A stretch of DNA of 64,000 nucleotides, taken from the NCBI GenBank assembly GCA_034189955.1, contig JAXHTU010000002.1:2087-66086 (forward strand), written 5' to 3'. Below are positions 20,409 to 30,076 of the stretch, in pieces. The notes under the pieces were generated by a model. That model was not told the origin of the DNA. It did not search any database and saw only the letters and a list, made by a program, of their open reading frames with translations. The DNA comes from Pseudomonadota bacterium. GTDB lineage: Bacteria; Pseudomonadota; Alphaproteobacteria; Caulobacterales; Caulobacteraceae. Position 1 is the first letter of the stretch, and each line of letters starts with the position of its first letter. Both the position numbers and the translations under genes were made by a program.

Positions 20409-22484
20409 ATGCTGAACCGCCGGTCGTTGATGTCGGGAACCGCCGCCCTGTCGGCCCTGCCCGCCGCCGCGGCCGCCCAGGACGCCGTCCCAACCGGACC
20501 CCAGCCTGGCGCGGCGAGCGCCGCCTCGCCCGACGGCGTCCTCTCCGTCGAGCTGACCGCCGACAAGGACGGCTTCGTCGCATACGCCGTCAGCCGCCTC
20601 GGCCGCCCGGTGATCGCCCCCTCGCGCCTCGGCTTCCTGCTCACCGACGCCCGCAAGCTGGAGCGCGCCTTCGGCATCCTGTCACAGACCGTCACCAGCC
20701 ATGACGACACATGGGAGCAGCCTTGGGGCGAGCGGCGTTTCGTCCGCAACCGCTACACCCAGCTGCGCGTCGAACTGCAGGAGCGCTGGGGCCTGATGCG
20801 GCGGATGAACGTCGTGTTCCGCCTCTATGACGACGGCCTCGGCTTCCGCTGCGAGTTCCCGCAACAGCCCAATCTGGCCACCGTCAGCATCGGCGCCGAG
20901 CTGACCGAGTTCACCGTCGCCGATCCGGGCACGGCCTGGTGGCTGCCCGCCTTCGAGTACAACCGCGCCGAATATCTCTACAACCGCACCGACATCGACG
21001 CGGTCGGCGTCAGCCAGACGCCGCTGACGATGCGGCTGCAGGACGGCACCCACCTGTCGATCCACGAGGCCGCCCTGGTCGACTACGCCGGCATGAACCT
21101 GCGCCGGGTCGAGGGCGGCAAATTCCGCGCCATGCTGACCCCCGGCCTGACCAGCGCCGCCGTCGTGCGCGAGACGCCGTTCCACACCCCGTGGCGCACC
21201 CTGCAGATCGCCGACCAGGCCGGCGGCCTCGTCGAATCCAGCCTGATCCTGAACCTCAACGAGCCGAACAAACTGGGCGACGTCAGCTGGTTCCGGCCGA
21301 TGAAATACATCGGCATCTGGTGGGACATGCACCTCGACACCCGCAGCTGGAATTCGGGACCGAAGCACGGCGCCACCACCGACTACACCCTGCGCCACAT
21401 CGATTTCGCGGCCGAGCACGGCTTCGGCGGCGTGCTGGTCGAGGGCTGGAACGTCGGCTGGGACGGCGAATGGTTCGGCGCGGGCTGGGACTACAGCTTC
21501 ACCGAGGCCTATCCCGATTTCGACATCGAACGCGTCGCCGCACACGCCCGGGCCAAAGGCGTCGAGATCGTCGGCCACCACGAGACCGGCGGCAACGCCT
21601 TCCACTACGAACAGCAACTCGACGCCGCCTTCGGCCTGATGCAGCGGCACGGCTGGCATACGGTCAAGACCGGCTATGTCGCCGACGCCGGCGGGGCCCA
21701 TGTCACCGGCCCGGACGGCAAGGCGCATCTGGCCTGGCACGAGAGCCAGCCGATGGTCCGCCACCACCAGACGGTGGTCGAGACCGCCGCCCGCTATCAG
21801 GTCGCCGTCAACGCCCACGAGCCGGTCAAGGACACCGGCCTGCGCCGGACCTGGCCCAACACCATCACCCGCGAGGGCGCGCGCGGCATGGAGTACGCCG
21901 CCTGGGGCCAGCCGGGCAATCCGCCGGAGCACGAGGTCAATCTGGTCTTCACCCGCCTGCTGGCCGGACCCATGGACTACACGCCGGGCGTCTTCGGCAT
22001 GGAGACCCGGGTCCCCGGCGGGGTGCAGACCACCTGGGCCAAACAGCTGGCCCTCTATGTGACGATCTACAGCCCGATCCAGATGGCCGCCGACCTGCTG
22101 GAGAACTACGAGGCTAATCCCGGCCCGTTCCAGTTCATCAAGGATGTCGCCGTCGACTGGTCCGACACCCGGGTGCTGAACGGCGCGGTCGGGGATTACG
22201 TCACCATCGCCCGCAAGGACCGCAACTCGGACGAATGGTTCCTCGGCGCCATCACCGACGAGCAGCCGCGCGTCCTCACCGCCCCGCTGGCCTTCCTCGA
22301 CCCCGGCCGTCGCTACCGCGCCGAGATCTACGCCGACGCGCCCGGCGCGGACTATCGGACCAACCGCGAGGCGATCGACATCACCACCCGCGAGGTCGCC
22401 TCGGCCGACATCCTGACCCTGCGCCTCGCCCCCGGCGGCGGCCAGGCCATCCGCTTCGTTCCGCTGGGTCGGGCGCGCCGCTGA
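20409..22484 (+). CDS. GH97 glycoside hydrolase (SusB-like alpha-glucosidase) with a Tat signal
   Basis: MLNRRSLMSG twin-arginine signal; KYIGIWW, VLVEGWN, GHHETGG, TREGARGMEY, GPMDYTPG. Confidence 0.92.
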   Translation: MLNRRSLMSGTAALSALPAAAAAQDAVPTGPQPGAASAASPDGVLSVELTADKDGFVAYAVSRLGRPVIAPSRLGFLLTDARKLERAFGILSQTVTSHDDTWEQPWGERRFVRNRYTQLRVELQERWGLMRRMNVVFRLYDDGLGFRCEFPQQPNLATVSIGAELTEFTVADPGTAWWLPAFEYNRAEYLYNRTDIDAVGVSQTPLTMRLQDGTHLSIHEAALVDYAGMNLRRVEGGKFRAMLTPGLTSAAVVRETPFHTPWRTLQIADQAGGLVESSLILNLNEPNKLGDVSWFRPMKYIGIWWDMHLDTRSWNSGPKHGATTDYTLRHIDFAAEHGFGGVLVEGWNVGWDGEWFGAGWDYSFTEAYPDFDIERVAAHARAKGVEIVGHHETGGNAFHYEQQLDAAFGLMQRHGWHTVKTGYVADAGGAHVTGPDGKAHLAWHESQPMVRHHQTVVETAARYQVAVNAHEPVKDTGLRRTWPNTITREGARGMEYAAWGQPGNPPEHEVNLVFTRLLAGPMDYTPGVFGMETRVPGGVQTTWAKQLALYVTIYSPIQMAADLLENYEANPGPFQFIKDVAVDWSDTRVLNGAVGDYVTIARKDRNSDEWFLGAITDEQPRVLTAPLAFLDPGRRYRAEIYADAPGADYRTNREAIDITTREVASADILTLRLAPGGGQAIRFVPLGRARR

Positions 22485-22539
22485 CCGCCGTCGGGAGAAG
22501 GAAGATGACGGGGCCGGCGCCGGGCGCTAACCAGAGCCC

Positions 22540-23559
22540 ATGACCCACGGCCCCGTCCTCGTCACCGGCTCGGCCGGCTTCATCGGCTTCCACACGGCGC
22601 GGCGGCTGCTCGCGCGCGGCGAGACGGTGATCGGCGTCGACAATCTGAACAGCTACTACGACCCGGCGCTGAAACACGCCCGGCTGGAGCGGCTGCAGGC
22701 CGATCCCAACTACGTCCACCACACCCTCGACCTGGCCGACCGGCCCGGCATGACGGCCCTGTTCGCCGACCATTCGCCCCGCCGCATCGTCCATCTCGGG
22801 GCCCAGGCCGGGGTCCGTTACAGCCTCGAACACCCCGAAAGCTACGTCGATTCCAATGTCGTCGGCTTCCTGACCGTGCTCGAAGGCGCCCGCGCCGTCC
22901 GGGCCGAACACCTGGTCTTCGCCTCGACCAGCTCGGCCTTCGGCGCCAACGGCGCCCTGCCCTTCTCGGTGCGCCAGGGCGTCGCCCACCCCCTGACCGT
23001 CTACGCCGCCACCAAGATCGCCAACGAGGCGATGGCGCACAGCTATTCCCACCTGTTCGGCTTCCCCTCCACCGGCCTGCGCTTCTTCACCGTCTACGGC
23101 CCATGGGGCCGACCCGACATGGCGCTGTTCAAATTCACGAAAGCCATCCTCGAGGGCCGCCCGATCGACGTCTACGGCCACGGCGCGATGGAGCGCGACT
23201 TCACCTATGTCGACGACATCGTCGACGGCGTGGTCGGCGCCCTCGACCGCCCCGCCGCCGTCGATCCCGACTGGGACGCGAGGCGCCCCAACCCCTCGAC
23301 CAGCGGCGTCGCCCCTTGGCGCATCCTCAACCTCGGCGCCGGCCGCCGCGAACAGCTGATGCGCTATATCGCCGTGCTGGAAGAGGTGCTGGGCCGCAAG
23401 GCCGAGCTGAACCTGATGCCGGTGCAGGACGGCGACGTGGTCCGCACCGAGGCCGATGTCACCGAGACCCGCGCCGCCCTCGGCTACGCCCCCTCGACCC
23501 CGATCGAAACCGGGGTGAAACATTTCGTCGACTGGTACCGCGAGTTCTACGCTGTCTGA
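22540..23559 (+). CDS. UDP-glucuronate 4-epimerase-like NAD-dependent epimerase
   Basis: VTGSAGFIGFH, HLGAQAGVRYS, YAATK, LRFFTVYGPWGRPDMA, RDFTYVDD. Confidence 0.9.
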   Translation: MTHGPVLVTGSAGFIGFHTARRLLARGETVIGVDNLNSYYDPALKHARLERLQADPNYVHHTLDLADRPGMTALFADHSPRRIVHLGAQAGVRYSLEHPESYVDSNVVGFLTVLEGARAVRAEHLVFASTSSAFGANGALPFSVRQGVAHPLTVYAATKIANEAMAHSYSHLFGFPSTGLRFFTVYGPWGRPDMALFKFTKAILEGRPIDVYGHGAMERDFTYVDDIVDGVVGALDRPAAVDPDWDARRPNPSTSGVAPWRILNLGAGRREQLMRYIAVLEEVLGRKAELNLMPVQDGDVVRTEADVTETRAALGYAPSTPIETGVKHFVDWYREFYAV

Positions 23560-23755
23560 CGCACGCGCGAAGGTCCGGGGCAAGGCCGTGCCGTAACCGC
23601 CGCCCCCGCCAGGAATGGCGCAGCGTCACCGGTCCTTATTGCACCGCACACGAAATGAATTGCCTGCCGCACCGCAATAGTCTCCTATCCCGATCCGCGG
23701 CGTCGAACGCGGATTCGCGCCGGGACCTTCAGTTTTCCAGAGCTTGGGCGCGCGC

Positions 23756-25078
23756 ATGACTCGACCTTTCTCCCTGCTTCTCACCCTCGCCGCCTGTCTC
23801 GCCGCGACGCCGGTTCTGGCCGCCACGCCGGAAGCAACGACCCTGCTGGCCCACCAGGCCCCGCTGGAGCTGAACGAGGCCTCCTCGGCCTGGATCCTGA
23901 CCTCGACGGCCCTGGTCCTGCTGATGACCCTGCCGGGTCTGGCCCTGTTCTACGGCGGCATGGTCCGGCGCAAGAACGTCATCGCCACCATCGCCCATTC
24001 GACCGCCGCCTTCGCCATCGTCACCGTGCTGTGGTTCGCGGTCGGCTACAGCCTGTCGTTCGGCTCCAGCGGACCGGCCACCAACGACTTCATCGGCGGG
24101 CTGCAGGCGGCCTTCCTCGACGGCGTGACCCCGTCGACGGCGCACAGCCTCGCCCCCGGCCTGCCCGAGTTCCTGTGGGTCGCCTATCAGCTGACCTTCG
24201 CCATCATCACCCCGGCCCTGATCGCCGGCGCCTTCGCCGAGCGGATCAAATTCTCGGCCTCCATCCTGTTCTTCTTCCTCTGGCACCTGCTGGTCTATGT
24301 GCCGATCTGCCACCAGGTCTGGGGCGGCGGCTGGATGGGCTCGCTGGGCGTGCTCGACTTCGCCGGCGGCGCCGTGGTCCACGTCAACGCCGGGGTCGCC
24401 GGCCTCGTCGCGGCCCTGGTGCTGGGCCCGCGCCACGGCTTCGGTCGCGACAACATGGCCCCGCACAACCTGACCCTGACCGCAATCGGCGCCGGCCTGC
24501 TGCTGGTCGGCTGGCTCGGCTTCAACGCCGGCTCGGCCTGGGCCGCCGACGGCATCGCCGCCGTGGCCGCCTTCAACACCATCCTCGCCGCCGCCGCCGC
24601 CGCCATCGGCTGGACCGCCGTCGAATGGTTCGATCACAAGCGCCCGACCCTTCTGGGCCTGCTGTCAGGCGTCGTCGCCGGCCTGGTCGGCATCACGCCG
24701 GCCGCCGGCCTCGTCGATCCCAAGGGCGCCTTCCTGATCGGGATCATCGCCGGCCCGGCCTGCTATGCGGGCGCGGTCTGGCTGAAACGGGCGCTCAAAT
24801 ACGACGACAGCCTCGACGCCTTCGGCGTGCATGGCGTCGGCGGCATCGTCGGCGCCCTGCTGACCGGCGTCTTCGCCACCGCCGCCATCAACCCGGCCGG
24901 CGAGAACGCCAACCTGCTGAATCAGGCCATCGGCCTGCTGGCCGTCATCGTCTGGAGCGGCGTCGGCACCTGGCTGATCCTGATGGTGTGCAAATTCACC
25001 ACCGGCCTGCGGGTCGAGAAGGAGGCCGAGATCGAGGGCCTCGACTACACCCAGCACGGCGAGACCATCCACCCATAG
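23756..25078 (+). CDS. amtB: Ammonium transporter (Amt family) with an N-terminal signal peptide
   Basis: PGLALFYGGMVR, YQLTFAIITPALI, LDFAGGAVVH, GWLGFNAGS, DDSLDAFGVHG. Confidence 0.93.
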   Translation: MTRPFSLLLTLAACLAATPVLAATPEATTLLAHQAPLELNEASSAWILTSTALVLLMTLPGLALFYGGMVRRKNVIATIAHSTAAFAIVTVLWFAVGYSLSFGSSGPATNDFIGGLQAAFLDGVTPSTAHSLAPGLPEFLWVAYQLTFAIITPALIAGAFAERIKFSASILFFFLWHLLVYVPICHQVWGGGWMGSLGVLDFAGGAVVHVNAGVAGLVAALVLGPRHGFGRDNMAPHNLTLTAIGAGLLLVGWLGFNAGSAWAADGIAAVAAFNTILAAAAAAIGWTAVEWFDHKRPTLLGLLSGVVAGLVGITPAAGLVDPKGAFLIGIIAGPACYAGAVWLKRALKYDDSLDAFGVHGVGGIVGALLTGVFATAAINPAGENANLLNQAIGLLAVIVWSGVGTWLILMVCKFTTGLRVEKEAEIEGLDYTQHGETIHP

Positions 25079-25111
25079 AAAAACGGGCGTCCGCGGCGAC
25101 GGACGCCCGTT
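25079..25111 (-). terminator. Intrinsic terminator between convergent amtB and cytochrome c
   Basis: AACGGGCGTCC-N8-GGACGCCCGTT preceded by an A-run. Confidence 0.7.
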
Positions 25112-25135
25112 CTGTCTATCGTCGGCCCGAAGGGC

Positions 25136-25882
25136 TCAGCGCGCGTTGGTCGTTTCGTCGGAGTCCGCGGCCGGCTGGGCCGGCATCGTCTGCTGGATGG
25201 TCGATTGACCGGCGACGCCTTCGACCGGAACCTGGGGTCCCAAGCCGCTGGTCGGCGTGCCGGCCTCGACGGCGGCCCCTTCCGGCGTCTCACCCGCGCC
25301 CTCGGCCGGGGCGGCGCCCGGCTGACGGGTGGGATCCGGAGCGGGAATGGCGAAGCCGGTCGAGCCCTGCGAGCGCAGCCACGCGATCAGATTGACGCGG
25401 GTCTGGGTGTCGCGAATGCCGGCGAAGGACATCTTGGTGCCCGGGATATGACGACCCGGCGCGGTCAGGAACTGGTCCAGCTGGTCATAGGTCCAGGTCG
25501 GAGCCTCGGCCTTGTGCGCGGTGAAGGCGTCGGAATAGGCGAAGCCCGCCGCATGCATGACCGGGCCGCCGACCACGCCGTACAGATTGGGTCCGGTGCC
25601 GTTGGCCCCGCCGGCATTGATCGTGTGGCAGGCCTGGCAGCGGGCGAAGGCGGCCTCGCCCGCGCCCAGGTCGGCGGTCGGCAGGACGGTGCCCCAGTCG
25701 GGCGCCAGTTCGGCCTCGGCGGCGCCGCCGGCGGCCTCTTCCGGCGCGTCAACGAAGTAGCCCATCTTTTCAGGGGCTTCGGTGTGGTAGATGGCCGCCG
25801 TGATTTGCTGCACCCCGACTATGACGAAGCCGGTCGCCAGCACGGCGCCCATGATCTTGTTCCACTTCAGGTCGCCGCTCAT
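25136..25882 (-). CDS. cycM: Membrane-anchored cytochrome c (CycM/c2-like)
   Basis: N-terminal TM; CQACH heme motif; GPNLYGVVG; PGTKMSFAG; divergent from kdsB as usual in alphaproteobacteria. Confidence 0.88.
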   Translation of the reverse strand: MSGDLKWNKIMGAVLATGFVIVGVQQITAAIYHTEAPEKMGYFVDAPEEAAGGAAEAELAPDWGTVLPTADLGAGEAAFARCQACHTINAGGANGTGPNLYGVVGGPVMHAAGFAYSDAFTAHKAEAPTWTYDQLDQFLTAPGRHIPGTKMSFAGIRDTQTRVNLIAWLRSQGSTGFAIPAPDPTRQPGAAPAEGAGETPEGAAVEAGTPTSGLGPQVPVEGVAGQSTIQQTMPAQPAADSDETTNAR

Positions 25883-26030
25883 GCGCGTGGTCGCATCCCG
25901 TTCTTGAGGCCCGGCCGCGAGGGCGGTGGGCGGATTCTTGCGTGGGCGTCTCTTACACGCTAGCGCGACCTTCGCAACTGGCCCGCGGCGTCCGCAAGGG
26001 CGTCGGGGCGTCGCAGGCAGGAAGGCCCCG

Positions 26031-26771
26031 ATGAACCCGCTCGTCCTGATCCCCACGCGGATGGCCGCCACCCGCCTGCCCGGCAAGCCGCTGGCCGACA
26101 TCGGCGGCCAGCCGATGATCGTCCGCGCCTGGCGTCAGGCCATGGAATCCGGACTGCCCGTCGCCGTCGCCGCCGGCGATCCGGAGATCGTCGCCGCCAT
26201 CGAGGCCGCCGGCGGCGTCGCCGTCCTGACCGACTCCGACCTGCCCTCCGGCTCGGACCGCATCCGCGCCGCCCTCGACGCCCTCGACCCCGAGGGCCGG
26301 CACGACGCCGTCATCAACCTGCAGGGCGACATGCCCTTCGCCGACCCCGGCCTGGCCCTCGCCTGCGCCGCCCTGCTGCACGGCGAGCCGGCCTGCGACA
26401 TCGCCACCCTCGTCGCGCCCGAGGCCGACCCCGCCGACCGGACCAATCCCGACGTGGTCAAGGCCGTCCTCGCCCTGGCTGAAGGCGAGCGCCACGGCCG
26501 CGCCCTCTATTTCACCCGCTCGACCCTGTACGGCGACGGCCCGGTCTGGCGCCACGTGGGCCTCTACGGCTACCGCCGCGCCGCCCTCGAACGCTTCTGC
26601 GCCGCCCCGCCCTCGCCGCTGGAACGCCGCGAGAAGCTGGAGCAACTCCGCGCCCTCGAACTGGGCCTGCAAATCTGGGCGGCGGTCATCGACGCGGCGC
26701 CCCTGTCGGTGGACAGCCCGGCGGATCTGGCTGAAGCGAGGCAACAGGCAGCAGGCAGCGGGCAGCAGTAG
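26031..26771 (+). CDS. kdsB: 3-deoxy-manno-octulosonate cytidylyltransferase
   Basis: IPTRMAATRLPGKPLADI, SGSDRI, NLQGD, HVGLYGY, EKLEQLRALE. Confidence 0.92.
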   Translation: MNPLVLIPTRMAATRLPGKPLADIGGQPMIVRAWRQAMESGLPVAVAAGDPEIVAAIEAAGGVAVLTDSDLPSGSDRIRAALDALDPEGRHDAVINLQGDMPFADPGLALACAALLHGEPACDIATLVAPEADPADRTNPDVVKAVLALAEGERHGRALYFTRSTLYGDGPVWRHVGLYGYRRAALERFCAAPPSPLERREKLEQLRALELGLQIWAAVIDAAPLSVDSPADLAEARQQAAGSGQQ

Positions 26772-26845
26772 GCGCCCGCCCGAGGCGGCTCCGCCTGCGC
26801 TATCCTTCCTGCTGCCTGCTGCCTGCTGCCTGCTGCCTGCTGCCT
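26739..26845. repeat. Inverted arrays of the heptamer AGGCAGC/GCTGCCT
   Basis: AGGCAAC-AGGCAGC-AGGCAGC-GGGCAGC (26739-26766) and five exact GCTGCCT (26811-26845). Confidence 0.9.
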
Positions 26846-27773
26846 AAACCTCGAACCCCTCCACCCACGCCTGCAGCAGCGTCCGCGCGATGGCGATCGG
26901 CGGCGGTGCCTTGATCGACGGATGCCTCCCCGCCAGCACCTCGGCCGCCTCGTCCCGCGTCAGCCACGCCACCGCCTCCAGCTCGGTCTGATCCGGCCGG
27001 GCGTCTTCCGAATCCACCTCGCAGACCAGGCCGATCATCAGCTGCGACGGGAACGGCCACGGCTGGCTCGAGTGATAGCGCACCTTCGTCACCGTCAGCC
27101 CGGCCTCCTCCTCGACCTCCCGCGCGCAGGCCTCCTCGATCGTCTCGCCCGGCTCGAGAAACCCCGCCAGCGCCGACATCCGGCCCTCGGGCCAGCTCGC
27201 CTGCCGCCCCAGCAGGCAGCGCGGCTCGTCGCCCCCGCGATACACGGGCAGCATGATGGTGACGGGATCGACGCGCGGAAAATGCTCGGTCGAACAGGCC
27301 GGACAGACCCGCTTCCACCCCCCGCAGGCGTTTTCGCTCTCTATCCCGCAGGCGGCGCAGAAGCCGTGCCGCCGTCGCCAGTCGAACAGCGACTTGGCCG
27401 CCCCCGCCATGGCCGCGTCCGGCCCCGGCAGCAGCCCCGCCGCCGCCCGCATCTCGTGAAACTCCCCCACGCCGCGCAGCGGCCCGGCCGTCGGATCGAT
27501 CGAGCCCTCGACCTCCACCGCGAACACCGGCGCCCCCTTCCACAGGCCGAGGAACAGCTCGCGATCGGGGACCACCGCCCGCGCGTGCGCCATCGGCAGC
27601 CAGGCCAGCCGCGGCTCGCCCGCCGCCTCCAGCAGCGGCCGCCCCTCCCACAACACCAGCGCCAGCGCCTCGGGGTTCGCCCCCTGCTCCGCCAGCCAGT
27701 CCGGATCGTTGCGCCGGTCCCCCGCCCGATCGAGCGGATTGCCGGCGAAGGTGTTCAGGGCGGGAAGGGACAT
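26844..27773 (-). CDS. nudC: NAD(+) diphosphatase (NADH pyrophosphatase)
   Basis: Zn ribbon FCAACG..CPAC, FPRVDP, Nudix box GFLEPGETIEEACAREVEEEAG, SQPWPFP. Confidence 0.93.
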   Translation of the reverse strand: MSLPALNTFAGNPLDRAGDRRNDPDWLAEQGANPEALALVLWEGRPLLEAAGEPRLAWLPMAHARAVVPDRELFLGLWKGAPVFAVEVEGSIDPTAGPLRGVGEFHEMRAAAGLLPGPDAAMAGAAKSLFDWRRRHGFCAACGIESENACGGWKRVCPACSTEHFPRVDPVTIMLPVYRGGDEPRCLLGRQASWPEGRMSALAGFLEPGETIEEACAREVEEEAGLTVTKVRYHSSQPWPFPSQLMIGLVCEVDSEDARPDQTELEAVAWLTRDEAAEVLAGRHPSIKAPPPIAIARTLLQAWVEGFEV

Positions 27774-27829
27774 GGGCTCCCTCTACCCCCAAGGCTTGAT
27801 TCACGCGACCCGAGCCGTCATATCTCCGC

Positions 27830-27918
27830 GTGGAGATCGCGGGCGAAGGCTTCGCCAACCTGGTCAGGGCCGGAAGGCAGCAGCCACAACGAATTCCCCT
27901 TCGGGTCGCGGTCTCCAC
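27830..27918 (+). ncRNA. ffs: Signal recognition particle RNA (4.5S)
   Basis: Core CCAACCTGGTCAGGGCCGGAAGGCAGCAGCC; terminal stem GTGGAGAT..GTCTCCAC; directly upstream of dnaX. Confidence 0.92.
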
Positions 27919-27929
27919 CTTCCCGTTTA

Positions 27930-28100
27930 GTGCGCTATCGCTCGCCGCGCGGCGGCTCGCTGCTTGAGCGCGGTTTCGTCACCCTCAGGCTTGACCGGAG
28001 GGTCGCGACGCGGTCGCTCGCTGCTTGAGCGCATCCCTCCCCCGCAGGGGAGGGGGACCCTCCGAAGCCGCGCAGCGGCGAAGGAGGGTGGCGGGGGCCA
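27930..28100. repeat. Mosaic of palindromic intergenic repeats (CIR/REP-like)
   Basis: CTCGCTGCTTGAGCGC twice (27956-27971, 28017-28032); half element CGTCACCCTCAGGCTTGACCGGAGGGTC (27977-28004); hairpins CCCTCCCC-CGCA-GGGGAGGG and ACCCTCC..GGAGGGT. Confidence 0.7.
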
Positions 28101-28166
28101 ACCACCACCCACAACTCCTTCCCGCAACCCCTTCGCCCTTGCGCCCCCTCGCGCTAAGACGGTCCC

Positions 28167-30068
28167 ATGAGCGACGTCGATCCGAGTCCCGAAGGCCCTC
28201 CGTGGGAGGAAGACGCGCCCGACGCCGACGTCGTCGAGCGCGATCCCGACACCGACGACATGTTCGGCGCGCCCGAACCCGCCGGCATGCGCGAGGCCGA
28301 GGCCGCCTCGGCGCCCGAACCCGCCGCTCCCGCGGCGAAGCCTGAACCGAAGCCCGCCGCGAAAGCCGCCCCGCCCGCCGACGACGGCCCCGCCGCCCAC
28401 GCCGACGACGGCGCCGCCTACACCGTGCTGGCCCGCAAATACCGCCCGCGCACCTTCGAGGACCTGATCGGCCAGGAGGCCATGGTCCGCACCCTGACCA
28501 ACGCCTTCTCGACCGGCCGCATCGCCCACGCCTTCATGCTCACCGGCGTCCGCGGCGTCGGCAAGACCACCACCGCCCGCCTGCTGGCCCGCGCCCTCAA
28601 CAACCAGACCGACGTCATCGACCGCCCCTCGCTGGAGCTGACCGCCCACGGCCGGCACGACGCCGCCATCATGGCCGGCCAGCACATGGACGTGGTCGAG
28701 ATGGACGCCGCCTCCCACACCGGCATCGACGGCATCCGCGACATCATCGAGAGCGTCCGCTACGCACCCGTAGAGGCGCGCTACAAGGTCTACGTCCTCG
28801 ACGAAGTCCACATGCTGTCGAACCAGGCCTTCAACGCCCTGCTGAAGACGCTGGAAGAGCCGCCGCCGCACGCCAAATTCATCTTCGCCACCACCGAGAT
28901 CCGCAAGGTCCCGGTGACCATCCTGTCGCGCTGCCAGCGGTTCGACCTCCGCCGCGTCGAGCCCGACATCCTCGTCGAACACCTCGCCCGCATCGCCGAC
29001 CGCGAGGGGATGAAGATCGAACAGGACGCCCTCGCCCTGATCGCCCGCGCCGCCGAGGGCTCGGTGCGCGACGGCCTGTCCCTGCTGGATCAGGCCCTCG
29101 TCCAGGGCGACAAGAGCGAGACCGTAAAGACTGAGGTCGTGCGCGACATGCTCGGCCTCGCCGACCGCAGCCAGACCATCGCCCTGTTCGAATCCGTCAT
29201 GGCCGGCCGCACCCCGGAGGCGCTGGAGCTGTTCCGCACCCTCTACGGCTACGGCGCCGATCCGGTGCAGGTGACCAACGACCTGCTGGAGCACTGCCAC
29301 GCCGCCTCGGTGGCCAAGATGCTCGGCCCGCAGGCGACCCGCCTGCCCAACGACCAGGCCCAGAAGCTGGCCGCCCTCGGCGCGGTCATCTCGGCCGGCA
29401 CCCTGGCCCGCGTCTGGCAGATGCTGCTCAAGGCCCTCGACGAGGTTCGCCGCGCCCCCAATCCGGCCGACGCGGTCGAGATGGCCATCGTCCGCCTCGC
29501 CTACGCCGCCGACCTGCCCGGACCGGAAGAGGCGCTCAAGGCGCTGCGCGACGGCGAGCCCCTGCCCGGCGGCGCAGCCCCGCGCGGCCCTTCCGGCGGC
29601 GGAGGCGGCGGCGCGTCCGCCCAGCTGGCCGCCCGCCCGGTCGCCGCGCCGGCCCTGCCCGACCCCCAGTCGTTCGAGGCGGTCGTCGCCCTGATCGGCG
29701 ACAAGCGCGAGGTCGGCCTGCAGATGGACGTCCAGCGCTACGTCCGCCCGGTCGCCTTCAAGCCGGGCGCCATCACCTATGAAAGCATCGAGGGCGCGCC
29801 GATCGACCTCGCCCGCAAGCTGGCGGCGCGGCTCAAGGAATGGACCGGCCGCACCTGGCTGATCGCCGCCAACGGCCAGGGCGGCGGCGAGACCATGATC
29901 GAGGTCGACCGCCGCAAACGCGCCGAGGTCCGCGCCGACATCGAGGCCGACCCCTTCATCGTCGCCGTCATGCAGGCCTTCCCCGGCGCCAGGATCGGCG
30001 AGATCAAGACGCTGGCGGCCCCGGTCGAACTGCCGGTCATCCCCGACGAGGCGGCGGACGAGGACTGA
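28167..30068 (+). CDS. dnaX: DNA polymerase III subunit gamma/tau
   Basis: YTVLARKYRP, GVRGVGKTT, LDEVHMLS, LLKTLEEPP, TILSRCQRFDL, EGSVRDGLSLLDQ. Confidence 0.96.
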   Translation: MSDVDPSPEGPPWEEDAPDADVVERDPDTDDMFGAPEPAGMREAEAASAPEPAAPAAKPEPKPAAKAAPPADDGPAAHADDGAAYTVLARKYRPRTFEDLIGQEAMVRTLTNAFSTGRIAHAFMLTGVRGVGKTTTARLLARALNNQTDVIDRPSLELTAHGRHDAAIMAGQHMDVVEMDAASHTGIDGIRDIIESVRYAPVEARYKVYVLDEVHMLSNQAFNALLKTLEEPPPHAKFIFATTEIRKVPVTILSRCQRFDLRRVEPDILVEHLARIADREGMKIEQDALALIARAAEGSVRDGLSLLDQALVQGDKSETVKTEVVRDMLGLADRSQTIALFESVMAGRTPEALELFRTLYGYGADPVQVTNDLLEHCHAASVAKMLGPQATRLPNDQAQKLAALGAVISAGTLARVWQMLLKALDEVRRAPNPADAVEMAIVRLAYAADLPGPEEALKALRDGEPLPGGAAPRGPSGGGGGGASAQLAARPVAAPALPDPQSFEAVVALIGDKREVGLQMDVQRYVRPVAFKPGAITYESIEGAPIDLARKLAARLKEWTGRTWLIAANGQGGGETMIEVDRRKRAEVRADIEADPFIVAVMQAFPGARIGEIKTLAAPVELPVIPDEAADED

Positions 30069-30076
30069 CGAGGCGC

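Noticed and set aside
23590-23755. Sigma54/NtrC sites upstream of amtB
   Set aside because: No good TGGCAC-N5-TTGC match; the TGC..GCA pair is spaced by 10 rather than 11 nt
28167-30068. Programmed -1 frameshift in dnaX (gamma subunit)
   Set aside because: No A-AAA-AAG or other A-run slippery site was seen
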